Of a stretch of DNA of 64,000 nt, positions 7,809-17,014 are shown piece after piece. Where the stretch lies: IMG/VR virus record IMGVR_UViG_3300024346_006382. The stretch is one strand, 5' to 3'. The DNA is from an uncultured virus (IMG/VR IMGVR_UViG_3300024346_006382) (taxonomy: Duplodnaviria > Heunggongvirae > Uroviricota > Caudoviricetes). The position numbers and the translations under genes are program-made. Position 1 is the stretch's first letter; each line of letters opens with the position of its first letter. A model generated the notes under the pieces. It was not told the origin of the DNA. It ran no database searches and saw only the letters and a list, made by a program, of their open reading frames with translations.

Positions 7809-8089
7809 GGTACAAACACATCAGGACTACCTTGTACGATGCTATGACCGCAACTGTTTCCTGATCCTACTCTAAGTACTGGTACACCTTCACAAAACAC
7901 AGTTGGACTACCATCTGTAGTTGTCGCTGCCTTATGCGGTGGATGAGGTCTTCTGCCCCACGGAGCGTGTGGTGTAAGCTGACTAACATGTAATCCTACT
8001 TTAATTCCATTAGCAAATACAGTATCGGCGCCACGAATAATCGCCCCGCCTTCTTGATTTGTATCGCCTACACGACTTAATTGTGCCAT
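7805..8089 (-). CDS. PAAR-motif tail spike tip protein (T4 gp5.4-like)
   Basis: LSRVGD, TVFANG, H..., GSPTVFCEGVPVLRVG..SCGH...GSPDVFV. Confidence 0.9.
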   Translation of the reverse strand: MAQLSRVGDTNQEGGAIIRGADTVFANGIKVGLHVSQLTPHAPWGRRPHPPHKAATTTDGSPTVFCEGVPVLRVGSGNSCGHSIVQGSPDVFVP

Positions 8090-8090
8090 T

Positions 8091-8396
8091 TTATCCCAAT
8101 ACGATTTTTTTACTAGGTACCTTAATACCAGTGGTTGCTTCTAGGTACTTGTCTTTGATATTATCATCTGTCTCTGCATACATTGCAACACTAGTAGTAT
8201 TTAGCTTAAATTCACCCTTCGGATTTGCAGTAAAAATGCTTGGAATCATTTGCATACCCTGTTGTGAAGGGGCAATAGATACTGGTTCTTCAATTTGAAT
8301 GAACTCTGAACCTGCTTGAATTACTTTTGCAATTAATTCCTCCCCGGAATTAAGCTTAAATGTATATACTGTATTTGGTGTGATTGATATTTGCAT
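8091..8396 (-). CDS. Hypothetical protein, possible Sm-like fold
   Basis: FKLNSGEELIAKV N-terminus and Y...TTGI..P..KIV C-terminus, a pattern recalled from T4-like phage proteins. Confidence 0.6.
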   Translation of the reverse strand: MQISITPNTVYTFKLNSGEELIAKVIQAGSEFIQIEEPVSIAPSQQGMQMIPSIFTANPKGEFKLNTTSVAMYAETDDNIKDKYLEATTGIKVPSKKIVLG

Positions 8397-8626
8397 TAGA
8401 TACTTTCTGTTAGTTTTGCTTTTAATTCTGTAAAACCACCAATCAATTCATCATCTAAAAAGATTTGTGGTACTGTTCTGGCAGTTGGTACTGCTTCTAA
8501 TAATTCTTCTTTAGTATATCCGTCTCCAATTTTCTTTTCTTCAAACGGAATACCCTTTTGATGTAACAAAGCTTTTGCTTGGTCACAGTAGGGGCAGTGA
8601 TATTTACTCCATATAATTGCTCTCAT
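8396..8626 (-). CDS. Glutaredoxin (T4 NrdC-like)
   Basis: CPYC active site, RTVPQIF, IGGF. Confidence 0.95.
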   Translation of the reverse strand: MRAIIWSKYHCPYCDQAKALLHQKGIPFEEKKIGDGYTKEELLEAVPTARTVPQIFLDDELIGGFTELKAKLTESI

Positions 8627-8637
8627 TCTTATTCTCC

Positions 8638-9741
8638 TTAAATATTCGGTAAGTCATCATAGTTTAATGATTCGCTCATTATTCCTATAACGTAATTTGT
8701 TGATTCAGTTTCTTGCAATGCAGATTGTTTCTTACTAGTATCACTATGTTTAGTGAACCATGGAATAGGTGTACTCTTTGGTGCAGGATTATTATATCGT
8801 ATTCCAATTTCTTTCAATGCACCAACAGCAGTGTAATCAACAAAGTCTTTTAATACTGCGGCATTCAATCCAATAACTGGACCCATCTTAAACAAATAGT
8901 CTGCCCACTCTTTTTCTTCACGTATAACGTCCATGTATAGTTGATAGACTTCGGCTTCACATTCTGATTTTACTTGTGCAAAACGACTATCTTCTTTAAC
9001 TACTTGATTGATTAAGTAAGCAGTCCAGCCTTTGTGTAATAATTCATCTTGTAGAATTAAACTGATAATGTTACCATTACCAATAAAAATTTTGTTCTCT
9101 ACCATTGCTAAACTTGTAGCAAATGATACCATAAATCTAAATGCTTCTAATGCGTAACTAGCATGTAATGCCATGTATATTGCTTTGATGTGCGATTTTT
9201 CTGACTCTAACTCAAAGCCTAATTCTTTCTTACAGTTCATCTTATGTAACTCATCATAGTAAAGACCGACACTGCTTGCCATGTCTACAATCTCTTTTGT
9301 ATCATGTATGGTGTTGAATACATCTTTAGGCACATTATAGATGTTACGAATGATGTGACTATAGCTACGACTATGAATGTTAGTCTCAAAGAAACTCCAG
9401 TTATAAATCAATGCTTCTAGTTCCGGCAATGATACTACTGGTGTAAACACTTGACTAGGAGCACGTCCTTGCAAGCTATCTAATGCGGTTTGTCTTAATA
9501 GATTACTAGTAAAGATATGTTTTACTGCATCGCTTGCATCTTTGAAATCATTGGCATCCTTGGTTAGAGAAATTTCTTCTGGAACCCAGAAGAAACCACG
9601 GGCCGTTGTTTCAAAGTCTGCAATCTTTTTATATTTTACTTCCTCAAATCTTTGAATGGTTACGGGACCTTCCGGGTCCAAAAACATTTTTCTGTTCAAA
9701 TAATCTGTCTTTGTGTTTAAGTTATATTGTTGTTTACTCAT
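8638..9741 (-). CDS. nrdB: Ribonucleotide reductase class Ia beta subunit
   Basis: FFWVPEEI, QTALDSLQGR, ETNIHSRSY (radical Tyr), LEAFRF, DELLH, QETE..NY. Confidence 0.96.
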   Translation of the reverse strand: MSKQQYNLNTKTDYLNRKMFLDPEGPVTIQRFEEVKYKKIADFETTARGFFWVPEEISLTKDANDFKDASDAVKHIFTSNLLRQTALDSLQGRAPSQVFTPVVSLPELEALIYNWSFFETNIHSRSYSHIIRNIYNVPKDVFNTIHDTKEIVDMASSVGLYYDELHKMNCKKELGFELESEKSHIKAIYMALHASYALEAFRFMVSFATSLAMVENKIFIGNGNIISLILQDELLHKGWTAYLINQVVKEDSRFAQVKSECEAEVYQLYMDVIREEKEWADYLFKMGPVIGLNAAVLKDFVDYTAVGALKEIGIRYNNPAPKSTPIPWFTKHSDTSKKQSALQETESTNYVIGIMSESLNYDDLPNI

Positions 9742-9754
9742 TGTGTCTTTCTTT

Positions 9755-10393
9755 TTATTGTTTTACATCTTCATACATTACTGTATTAGTATTTCCTAAC
9801 GCCCATTTAGGATCTGTTTCAACGCTCCATCGTTGGGTCGCTACTTTAAAATCTGGCATTTTAAGTTCTTTAGGATTACTACTTGGCTCTAAAATAATTA
9901 ATCTGTTGTTTGGTTGTGCGGCAAATTGCCCATTATCACATTTAATAAAGTTATAGCTCTTATGGTCTTCAACATCTTCGCTGAACCCTGTATCTAATAT
10001 ATTAAAATCTGGATGAGCGGAATCAATAGTAAACATGTATTCACCTGTCATCCATTCACCATCTTTTAATTTAAACTTACACTTCATTGATTGTAATTGT
10101 GCTTTTTTAATAACTGTAATGTCATATGATAAGCAATCCCACAATTGTAAATAATCTAGTGGTAATGCTTCTCCTTCAATTGGCTTCCAACAAAACGCAT
10201 GTAGTGGCAATTTGTCATACAGCGCACCGTAATGATTTAGATATGCCTCAATACGAAATGCTTGACCTCGCAAACTCTTTACGCTAACCCACCAGCATGG
10301 TTCAAACTCTCCGTGACCTTTTTCAAAATCATAAAGAAATTCACGGCGAACAAAACATTTGACTGGAGGTAGATTAGCTACTAAAAAACTCAT
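9755..10393 (-). CDS. Hypothetical protein between nrdA and nrdB
   Basis: 212 aa, tightly packed; no recognisable HNH, GIY-YIG or LAGLIDADG motif. Confidence 0.75.
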   Translation of the reverse strand: MSFLVANLPPVKCFVRREFLYDFEKGHGEFEPCWWVSVKSLRGQAFRIEAYLNHYGALYDKLPLHAFCWKPIEGEALPLDYLQLWDCLSYDITVIKKAQLQSMKCKFKLKDGEWMTGEYMFTIDSAHPDFNILDTGFSEDVEDHKSYNFIKCDNGQFAAQPNNRLIILEPSSNPKELKMPDFKVATQRWSVETDPKWALGNTNTVMYEDVKQ

Positions 10394-10396
10394 AGT

Positions 10397-12715
10397 TTAC
10401 AACTTGCAAGCTTCGCAATCTTCTTCATCCATATCATTAAAGCCACTTGGCAAATCTAATACCGTTTCATCTTGGCTCTTACTACCTGCTTTGTTAATCA
10501 AGCTATAGTAGAATGTCTTTAATCCCCACATGTGTGCCTGCATCAAGTTCTTAGCAATCAATGTTGTAGGTACCTTACGTTCAGGGAAGTGTGCGGGATT
10601 ATAGAATGTATTAGTTGAGATACTTTGATCCACATAGGCTGCAATTACTGCCGCTGTTTTTAGATAACCATCACAATCTTTTTGATCCCACATCAATTGA
10701 TATTTGTTTTTCAACTTATGATATTCCGGGACAACTTGTACAAAACTTCCTGCTTTACTTTCTTTAACTGAAATTAAACTCATTGGCATTTCAATACCAT
10801 TTGTACTATTGATAACTACACTGCTTGATTCTACAGGAGCTACAGCCATTTGTGTAGCATTACGGACACCATGACTACGCATCATAGCACGTAGTCCTTC
10901 CCAATTAAGTTCTGGATCAAAGTTTGTTAATTCATTAACACCTTTAGCACGTAACTCCCAGGGAAAGATGCCCTGACCATAACGTGTCTTATCACTATGT
11001 TCACAACGACCACGTTCTTGTGCTAGTTCTACACTTGCTTCAGTTAAGTAGAAGGATAAGTGTTCCATCCACGTCTTGACTTCAGCCAGTGCGTCTTTTT
11101 CTCCGTACTTGAGACTTCGCTTGGCATGCCAGTAGGCAAGATTAGTGATTCCAATTCCAAGAGGTCTGATTTCATCGTTTGATAATTTAGATTGAATGGA
11201 TAGAAAGTCTTGATAGTCAAGAATGTTATTGAGGCTACGATGCAGTATGCGGCAAGCACGGCGCATGTCTTCTGGGTTACGGAACGCACCCCAATTGATA
11301 CTGCCCAATGTGCAAAGAGCGATACGACCATCGCTGTCATCCAAACGTTTAAAGGATTTAGTAGGTAAAAGAATTTCACAGCATAAGTTACTCTGGTAAA
11401 TTGTATGATATTCAGGATCAAACGGACCTTGACTCATAACATTGTCAACGAACACTAAGTAGATACGACCTGTATCTGTTCGTTCTTTAAGAATGCCAGA
11501 CTTGAATACTTCTTCAGCACTCATTGTTTTCTTTCTTAAGTCTTTACGTTTTTCATATTTAACATATAGTTCTTCAAACAATTCTGTATTACTATAGAAA
11601 GCTTGATAAAGATCAGGCACTTCATTGGGATCAAAGAATGTTATTTGTTCTTTGTTTTTAAATCTTCTCCAGAAGAATGCGCTAAGAACAACCCCATAGT
11701 CCATGAACCTGACACGTGTTTCGTCTGTTCCTTGATTGTTTTTAAGTACGATAAGATCATCAAACTGATGATGCCAAATGGGATAAAATACAGTAGCACT
11801 TGCATTACGAATACCTCCTTGACTGCAACTTCTTAAGTCTCCAAACCATTTCTTTAAGAACGGTATCATGCCGGTATGCATAATTTCGCCACCACGAATA
11901 GGACTACCTAATGGTCGTAATCGTCCTATCTCTAAGCCAATGCCAGCTCGCTTGCTAGCATATTTTGCCATCATTTCACCAGAAGCGAAAATACTATCCA
12001 AGTCATCATCACTGCGAATAAGTACGCACGAACTGAATTGTTTAGTAGGGGTACCGAGACCAGCAAGGACAGGGGTAGCAAGAGTAAATAATCCATCAGA
12101 TGCGGCATTGTAGTATTCCTTTATATAACGCATTCTAGCGTTGTTTGGTTCTTCACTATGAAATACTGTTGCGGCAGCTACCATGTATCTGATTTGAGGT
12201 GTTTCATATGTTTGTTTAGTAGAACGATTCTTTACTAGGTATTTTTCAATCAATTGTTCAATGGCGGCATAACTATATTGTTCGTCCTTAGAATGATCCA
12301 ACATGTCATCCATCTTATTCCAATCTTCTTCACTATACCATTCTAGTAGTTCTGGCGTATATAATCCTGTAGCAACATTAGTTACTACAATATCATAAAG
12401 ACGGGGAGGTGCATAGTTACCATATACATCCTTCCTAAGCATTGATAATCGTTGTTTACCTGCTACGTATTGATAGTTTGTGTGACCTACATCTGGATTG
12501 TTTTCCACGTCAATTAAATCTACTACTGCCCGTAATGTAATTCCATCAATTTCTTGTGTTGAAATTCCATCATAGAAGTGTAGTTGTGATTTTATCTCTA
12601 CCATTGAAGGGCTAACATCAGCTATCCCCACACATATTTTTGCCACTTGTGCTTGCCATTTTTCTAACATTAATGGCTCTTTTGTCCCATCTCTTTTGGT
12701 GACGTATATCTTCAT
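10397..12715 (-). CDS. nrdA: Ribonucleotide reductase class Ia alpha subunit
   Basis: ATP-cone start VTKRDG, QFSSCVLI, SQGGIR, SNLCCEI, ALCTL, KTFYY, C-terminal CEAC. Confidence 0.97.
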   Translation of the reverse strand: MKIYVTKRDGTKEPLMLEKWQAQVAKICVGIADVSPSMVEIKSQLHFYDGISTQEIDGITLRAVVDLIDVENNPDVGHTNYQYVAGKQRLSMLRKDVYGNYAPPRLYDIVVTNVATGLYTPELLEWYSEEDWNKMDDMLDHSKDEQYSYAAIEQLIEKYLVKNRSTKQTYETPQIRYMVAAATVFHSEEPNNARMRYIKEYYNAASDGLFTLATPVLAGLGTPTKQFSSCVLIRSDDDLDSIFASGEMMAKYASKRAGIGLEIGRLRPLGSPIRGGEIMHTGMIPFLKKWFGDLRSCSQGGIRNASATVFYPIWHHQFDDLIVLKNNQGTDETRVRFMDYGVVLSAFFWRRFKNKEQITFFDPNEVPDLYQAFYSNTELFEELYVKYEKRKDLRKKTMSAEEVFKSGILKERTDTGRIYLVFVDNVMSQGPFDPEYHTIYQSNLCCEILLPTKSFKRLDDSDGRIALCTLGSINWGAFRNPEDMRRACRILHRSLNNILDYQDFLSIQSKLSNDEIRPLGIGITNLAYWHAKRSLKYGEKDALAEVKTWMEHLSFYLTEASVELAQERGRCEHSDKTRYGQGIFPWELRAKGVNELTNFDPELNWEGLRAMMRSHGVRNATQMAVAPVESSSVVINSTNGIEMPMSLISVKESKAGSFVQVVPEYHKLKNKYQLMWDQKDCDGYLKTAAVIAAYVDQSISTNTFYNPAHFPERKVPTTLIAKNLMQAHMWGLKTFYYSLINKAGSKSQDETVLDLPSGFNDMDEEDCEACKL

Positions 12716-12718
12716 GTT

Positions 12719-13156
12719 TTACCCTATTTTCTTATTAATTATTGTTATATCTAATTGTTGTACTATTTTAAAATCTTGTAGATTATTACTTATCACGGTG
12801 TTTGGCCAGTAATTAAGCAGATATTTTGCGTTGTCTACCAAGACTAATGATGTATCATTTCCTTGACTATCAGTAGCTAACACAAACTCTATATCAGTAA
12901 TATTCATTAATAGTAGAGTATAGCACATTCCTAGTCCTCTTGCAAGCGTACAGTAGGTGTTTTCTACCAAAAGCTCCCAAGGACCGGGCCAAGTGGGTAA
13001 ATCAATTGGGTGTAGATAGTGGTTGACTAATGGGGCATATTGCCACCATTTGTCAATTTCTACACATTGTTGAGATAAATCAAGATCCTTGATTTTATTG
13101 CGTAAATTATACCAAGATTGTAATCTATTGTCGTAAGACGATTGAAATGTATTCAT
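12719..13156 (-). CDS. Hypothetical protein, possible transglutaminase-like/BTLCP fold
   Basis: W..PWELL.EN.YC..A..LGM.YTL pattern; fold assignment tentative. Confidence 0.55.
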   Translation of the reverse strand: MNTFQSSYDNRLQSWYNLRNKIKDLDLSQQCVEIDKWWQYAPLVNHYLHPIDLPTWPGPWELLVENTYCTLARGLGMCYTLLLMNITDIEFVLATDSQGNDTSLVLVDNAKYLLNYWPNTVISNNLQDFKIVQQLDITIINKKIG

Positions 13157-13189
13157 TAGATAACTACTTATCTAATTTACAAAGAATGG

Positions 13190-13981
13190 TTATAATCCTA
13201 GTTTTTTACGAATGTTTGTAGCACTTATGGCGTGAATTTTATCGTCAAATGTTTCTTGTTCAATTTTATAACCAACATCACGACCATAAGTAATGTTAGT
13301 GATATTTGGAACAACTTGAATTTCATATTGACCTTGATATAGCATATCCAAATCACGTTTAATGAATGATTTGACCTTTTCTATTTCAAATGGGTTACTA
13401 CCTTGCCAGCCTTGACAGTCACGTATTTGAATAACAACTTGTCCTGTTTTATTGATAGCACGTTCAAAGAGGGCACGATGTCCATCATGCCATGGTTGCC
13501 AGCGTCCTAGCATTTGTACCGTTTCTTTTTGCCAATTGAATGTTGGTCTACGTCTATTGTCATATAGATGTGCAAAGATGAATTCACTCCATTTTTCTGA
13601 GTTTTGTTCTGTGATACGGAAGTCATATACTTCTGGTGGGACGAATGCTTTATTAGTATCTTCGTATCTACCTTCAGTGATTGTATCAACCCATATTGTC
13701 CAATCAGCTTTGAAGTTATTACGCATTTCAACTAATGGTGCAACAAAGTCACATATGACGTAGTCCATATCTGGCATGTTATCTGCTAGTTCACGCATAC
13801 GTAGACTTTGACGGATGCGACCCTCTTTACTGAAGTCCCAGTCGTTATATTTTTTACGTACATCGTCGGCGTTTAGCCAAGCTACACGTTTGTTAGCTGT
13901 TTGTAGATGTCCGAGTAGATGTTGTGCCAGATAAGTTTTGCCGGCGCCGGGCAAGCCCATAATAAGAATACGTTGTGTCAT
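13190..13981 (-). CDS. APS kinase (CysC)-like P-loop domain fused to an HxGH nucleotidyltransferase domain
   Basis: GLPGAGKT, LNADDVR...DWDFSKEGRIRQ, FVPPE; C-terminal GRWQPWHDGH and ISATNIR. Confidence 0.8.
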   Translation of the reverse strand: MTQRILIMGLPGAGKTYLAQHLLGHLQTANKRVAWLNADDVRKKYNDWDFSKEGRIRQSLRMRELADNMPDMDYVICDFVAPLVEMRNNFKADWTIWVDTITEGRYEDTNKAFVPPEVYDFRITEQNSEKWSEFIFAHLYDNRRRPTFNWQKETVQMLGRWQPWHDGHRALFERAINKTGQVVIQIRDCQGWQGSNPFEIEKVKSFIKRDLDMLYQGQYEIQVVPNITNITYGRDVGYKIEQETFDDKIHAISATNIRKKLGL

Positions 13982-14003
13982 GTTTTATCTCCTGATATAA
14001 AAA

Positions 14004-14011
14004 TATTTATA
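14004..14011 (-). promoter_or_regulatory. T4-like late promoter TATAAATA
   Basis: Exact motif upstream of the AGGAG SD of the 13981 gene. Confidence 0.65.
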
Positions 14012-14044
14012 GTAGAGATAGCTTACCCGTATATTTTATTATTT

Positions 14045-14971
14045 TTAACCATAGGCTGCGGCCGACAAACTACTTCTAGCAGTTCCTACACCAGTAGTAT
14101 CTGTAGCAACAACACCGATATTTGATACTAGATTAGTAACTGACACTCTTGGTCCACTATTGGGTACCCCATATCCAAATATAGCTTTATCTGTACCATA
14201 ACCTGCAGCTGCCGTGTAAAATCTTGCAGTACCAACACCTGTAGTATCACTTGCAAGTACACCTGTATTTGATACTAGGTTGGTTAATGAGTATGTTGAA
14301 GCTCCAATGCCATATCCAAATATAGCTTTATCTGTACCATAACCTGCGGCCGCAAGACCATATCTAGCAGTACCTACACCTGCAGTATCATTTGCAACTA
14401 CTCCGGTGTTTGATACTAGGTTAGTTATTGCTGTTACTGATCCGGTGCTCCCGTAGCCAAATATAGCTTTATCTGTGCCGTATCCAGCTGCCGCAAGACT
14501 TAATCTAGCAGTACCTACTCCTGTAGTATCAGTAGCTACTACTCCTGCGTTTGATACTAGGTTTGTCATTGATGCAGTGACAGATGTATATCCATATCCA
14601 AATATAGCTTTGTCTGTTCCATAACCAGCGGCTGCAAGAGTTCTTCTAGCAGTACCAACACCTGTAGTATCATTTGCAACTACTCCGGTGTTTGATACTA
14701 AATTGGTCATTGAAACTGAACCACTAGCGTCACCATATCCAAAGATAGCTTTATCAGTTCCATAACCTGCGGCTGCCAAATCTTGCCTAGCAGTACCCAC
14801 ACCTGCTGTATCGTTTGCAACAACACCGGTGTTTGATACTAAATTGGTTATTGTCGTAACACTACCAGTACTTCCATATCCAAATATAGCTTTACTACCA
14901 CCTGGCGGAGCGGTGAATGTTACACCTCCACCAGTCATTGTTATTCCACCCGTTGTTATTGTTATTGACAT
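14045..14971 (-). CDS. Six-repeat kelch-like beta-propeller protein (KAIFGYG subtype), putative virion adhesin
   Basis: Six ~43-aa repeats KAIFGYG-x-TNLVSNTGVVAxDTTGVGTAR-xx-LAAAGYG. Confidence 0.75.
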   Translation of the reverse strand: MSITITTGGITMTGGGVTFTAPPGGSKAIFGYGSTGSVTTITNLVSNTGVVANDTAGVGTARQDLAAAGYGTDKAIFGYGDASGSVSMTNLVSNTGVVANDTTGVGTARRTLAAAGYGTDKAIFGYGYTSVTASMTNLVSNAGVVATDTTGVGTARLSLAAAGYGTDKAIFGYGSTGSVTAITNLVSNTGVVANDTAGVGTARYGLAAAGYGTDKAIFGYGIGASTYSLTNLVSNTGVLASDTTGVGTARFYTAAAGYGTDKAIFGYGVPNSGPRVSVTNLVSNIGVVATDTTGVGTARSSLSAAAYG

Positions 14972-14986
14972 TCTTTATCCTTTATT

Positions 14987-15961
14987 TTATTGTAGACCTG
15001 ATGTTGCGGCTAACGAATCTATTTCATAATTTAACGGACCACGTACACTTGCAGTAGTGGTATCTGTTGCATATGTAATACGGTCAATTCTGGAAAGTTG
15101 GGGCGGAGAAGTTCCACCACCAAACCATCCATAATCCGAATTACCTGCAGCGGACAGTTTATATTTAGCCGAACTTAATGGACCTCTATTTACTGCTACT
15201 GCTGTGTCAGTAGCATATGTTATTCTTCTTATATTAGACCTCTGATCGGGTGCTTCACGCCCACCTCCATACCATCCATACGTAGTGTTATCGCCAGCGG
15301 CAGCCAAGGAATATCTTTCATTGCCTAATGTACCGCGAACACTAGCAGTAGCAGTATCCGTAGCATATGTAATACGGTCTACAATAGATGAATTATATGG
15401 TGGACCGGGCAAAGCTCCACCACCAAACCATCCATAACTAGATGTACCAGTGGCTGCTAAGTTATATCTACCTGAGGTTAGTGGTCCTCTTGTAGAAGTA
15501 ATATCGGTGTCAGTTGCATATGTGATACGTTCTACATTGGTTATGTAGCTGCTGCTGCCTTGTGCGGCACCTCCACCAAACCATCCATATGTTGTGCTAT
15601 CAGTTGACGCAGCCGATGACTGTCTACCAAAATTTAATGGACCGCGGTTACTTGCTGTTGCGGTATCTGTAGCATATGTAATACGTTGAATAGAACTTAT
15701 GCGTAAACTACCAGTTTGACCACCGGCAAACCAACCGTAAGATAATGTTCCAGTAGCCGCAAGAAAATAAACCGCTGTCAGTAATGAGCCGCGCATACTA
15801 GCAGTTGCAGTATCGGTTGCATATATAATACGTTCTGTATTAGCAGTAGTTATAGCCCAGTTGCCACCACCAAACCAACCCGCAGTTGCTTGTGACGGTG
15901 GGGGAACAATAGTGAAGCCACCGCCTGCCATTGTAAATCCGCCAGTTATTGTTATACTCAT
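14987..15961 (-). CDS. Six-repeat kelch-like beta-propeller protein (YGWFGGG subtype)
   Basis: Six repeats GWFGGG-x-RITYATDTATASxRGPL. Confidence 0.75.
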   Translation of the reverse strand: MSITITGGFTMAGGGFTIVPPPSQATAGWFGGGNWAITTANTERIIYATDTATASMRGSLLTAVYFLAATGTLSYGWFAGGQTGSLRISSIQRITYATDTATASNRGPLNFGRQSSAASTDSTTYGWFGGGAAQGSSSYITNVERITYATDTDITSTRGPLTSGRYNLAATGTSSYGWFGGGALPGPPYNSSIVDRITYATDTATASVRGTLGNERYSLAAAGDNTTYGWYGGGREAPDQRSNIRRITYATDTAVAVNRGPLSSAKYKLSAAGNSDYGWFGGGTSPPQLSRIDRITYATDTTTASVRGPLNYEIDSLAATSGLQ

Positions 15962-15979
15962 TCTTTTTAAACCTTTATC

Positions 15980-16999
15980 TTATTGTACTCCAGATGCCCC
16001 GGCCGACCACGAAAGAGCTACACTTAATGTACCACGAAAACTAGCTGTTGCAGTATCAGTTGCATATGTAATACGTTGCACCATCGATTGAAGGCCATAC
16101 GGTTGGTATGAAAGTCCGGCACCAAAATATCCGTTTGTAGAATCACCACTGCCTCCCAACCTAAATATAGATTGAGTCAAGGGCCCGCGAACACTTGCTG
16201 TTGTAGTGTCAGTTGCATATGTAATACGATCTACTCTGGTATGATCTCCATTATTATTAAATCCTCCACCAAACCATCCATATGTAGTGCCATCCGATAC
16301 TGCTGCTAAATTATATCTAGCCAAACTCAATGGACCTTTTGCAGTTGCAGTTGCTGTATCAGTTGCATAGGTTATGCGGTCTACTGTAGACAGCATACCT
16401 TGACTCCCGGGGATGTCACCAGCTGACTGTCCACCTGCATACCACCCATCAGTTGTATTACCTGTAGCTGCCAAATATATTCTAGCAGTAGCCAGTGGAC
16501 CGCGGGCAGTTGCAGTCGCTGTATCATTTGCAAAGGTAATACGGTCTACCGTAGATTGTTCTCTTGAAGGAGGTGGTGGATATGAATATCCACCACCAAA
16601 CCATCCATATGTAGTTCCGTCAGTTGTAGCGGTTAATCCCCAACGAACTTGACTTATAGCACCTTTATTTGTTGAGGTATTGGTATCAGTTGCATACGTT
16701 ACTCTAGTAAATACGGATGCAAACCCACCACCTTCATATCCACCACCAAACCACCCATTAGTAAGAGTACCGGTACCTGCACCTTTGAAATTGGTGTAGC
16801 TTAATGGCCCTCGAACACTTGCTGTTGCTGTGTCGGTTGCAAAAGTTATTCTTTGTACAGTAGATGTAGTTGGCCACGGATTCCCAATTGAAGCAGTACC
16901 ACCTGCAAACCATCCAGCTGTAGCCGATGCGGGAGGTGCCTCACTGAAACTAAACCCTCCACCTGTAAATGTTATTCCACCACTAAATGTTACTGACAT
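15980..16999 (-). CDS. Six-repeat kelch-like beta-propeller protein (YGWFGGG subtype)
   Basis: Same six-repeat pattern. Confidence 0.75.
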   Translation of the reverse strand: MSVTFSGGITFTGGGFSFSEAPPASATAGWFAGGTASIGNPWPTTSTVQRITFATDTATASVRGPLSYTNFKGAGTGTLTNGWFGGGYEGGGFASVFTRVTYATDTNTSTNKGAISQVRWGLTATTDGTTYGWFGGGYSYPPPPSREQSTVDRITFANDTATATARGPLATARIYLAATGNTTDGWYAGGQSAGDIPGSQGMLSTVDRITYATDTATATAKGPLSLARYNLAAVSDGTTYGWFGGGFNNNGDHTRVDRITYATDTTTASVRGPLTQSIFRLGGSGDSTNGYFGAGLSYQPYGLQSMVQRITYATDTATASFRGTLSVALSWSAGASGVQ

Positions 17000-17014
17000 A
17001 TATTATTCTTTCTA

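Noticed and set aside
8638..12715. Intron or intein in nrdA or nrdB
   Set aside because: Both ORFs are contiguous and of normal length with motifs in the expected order.
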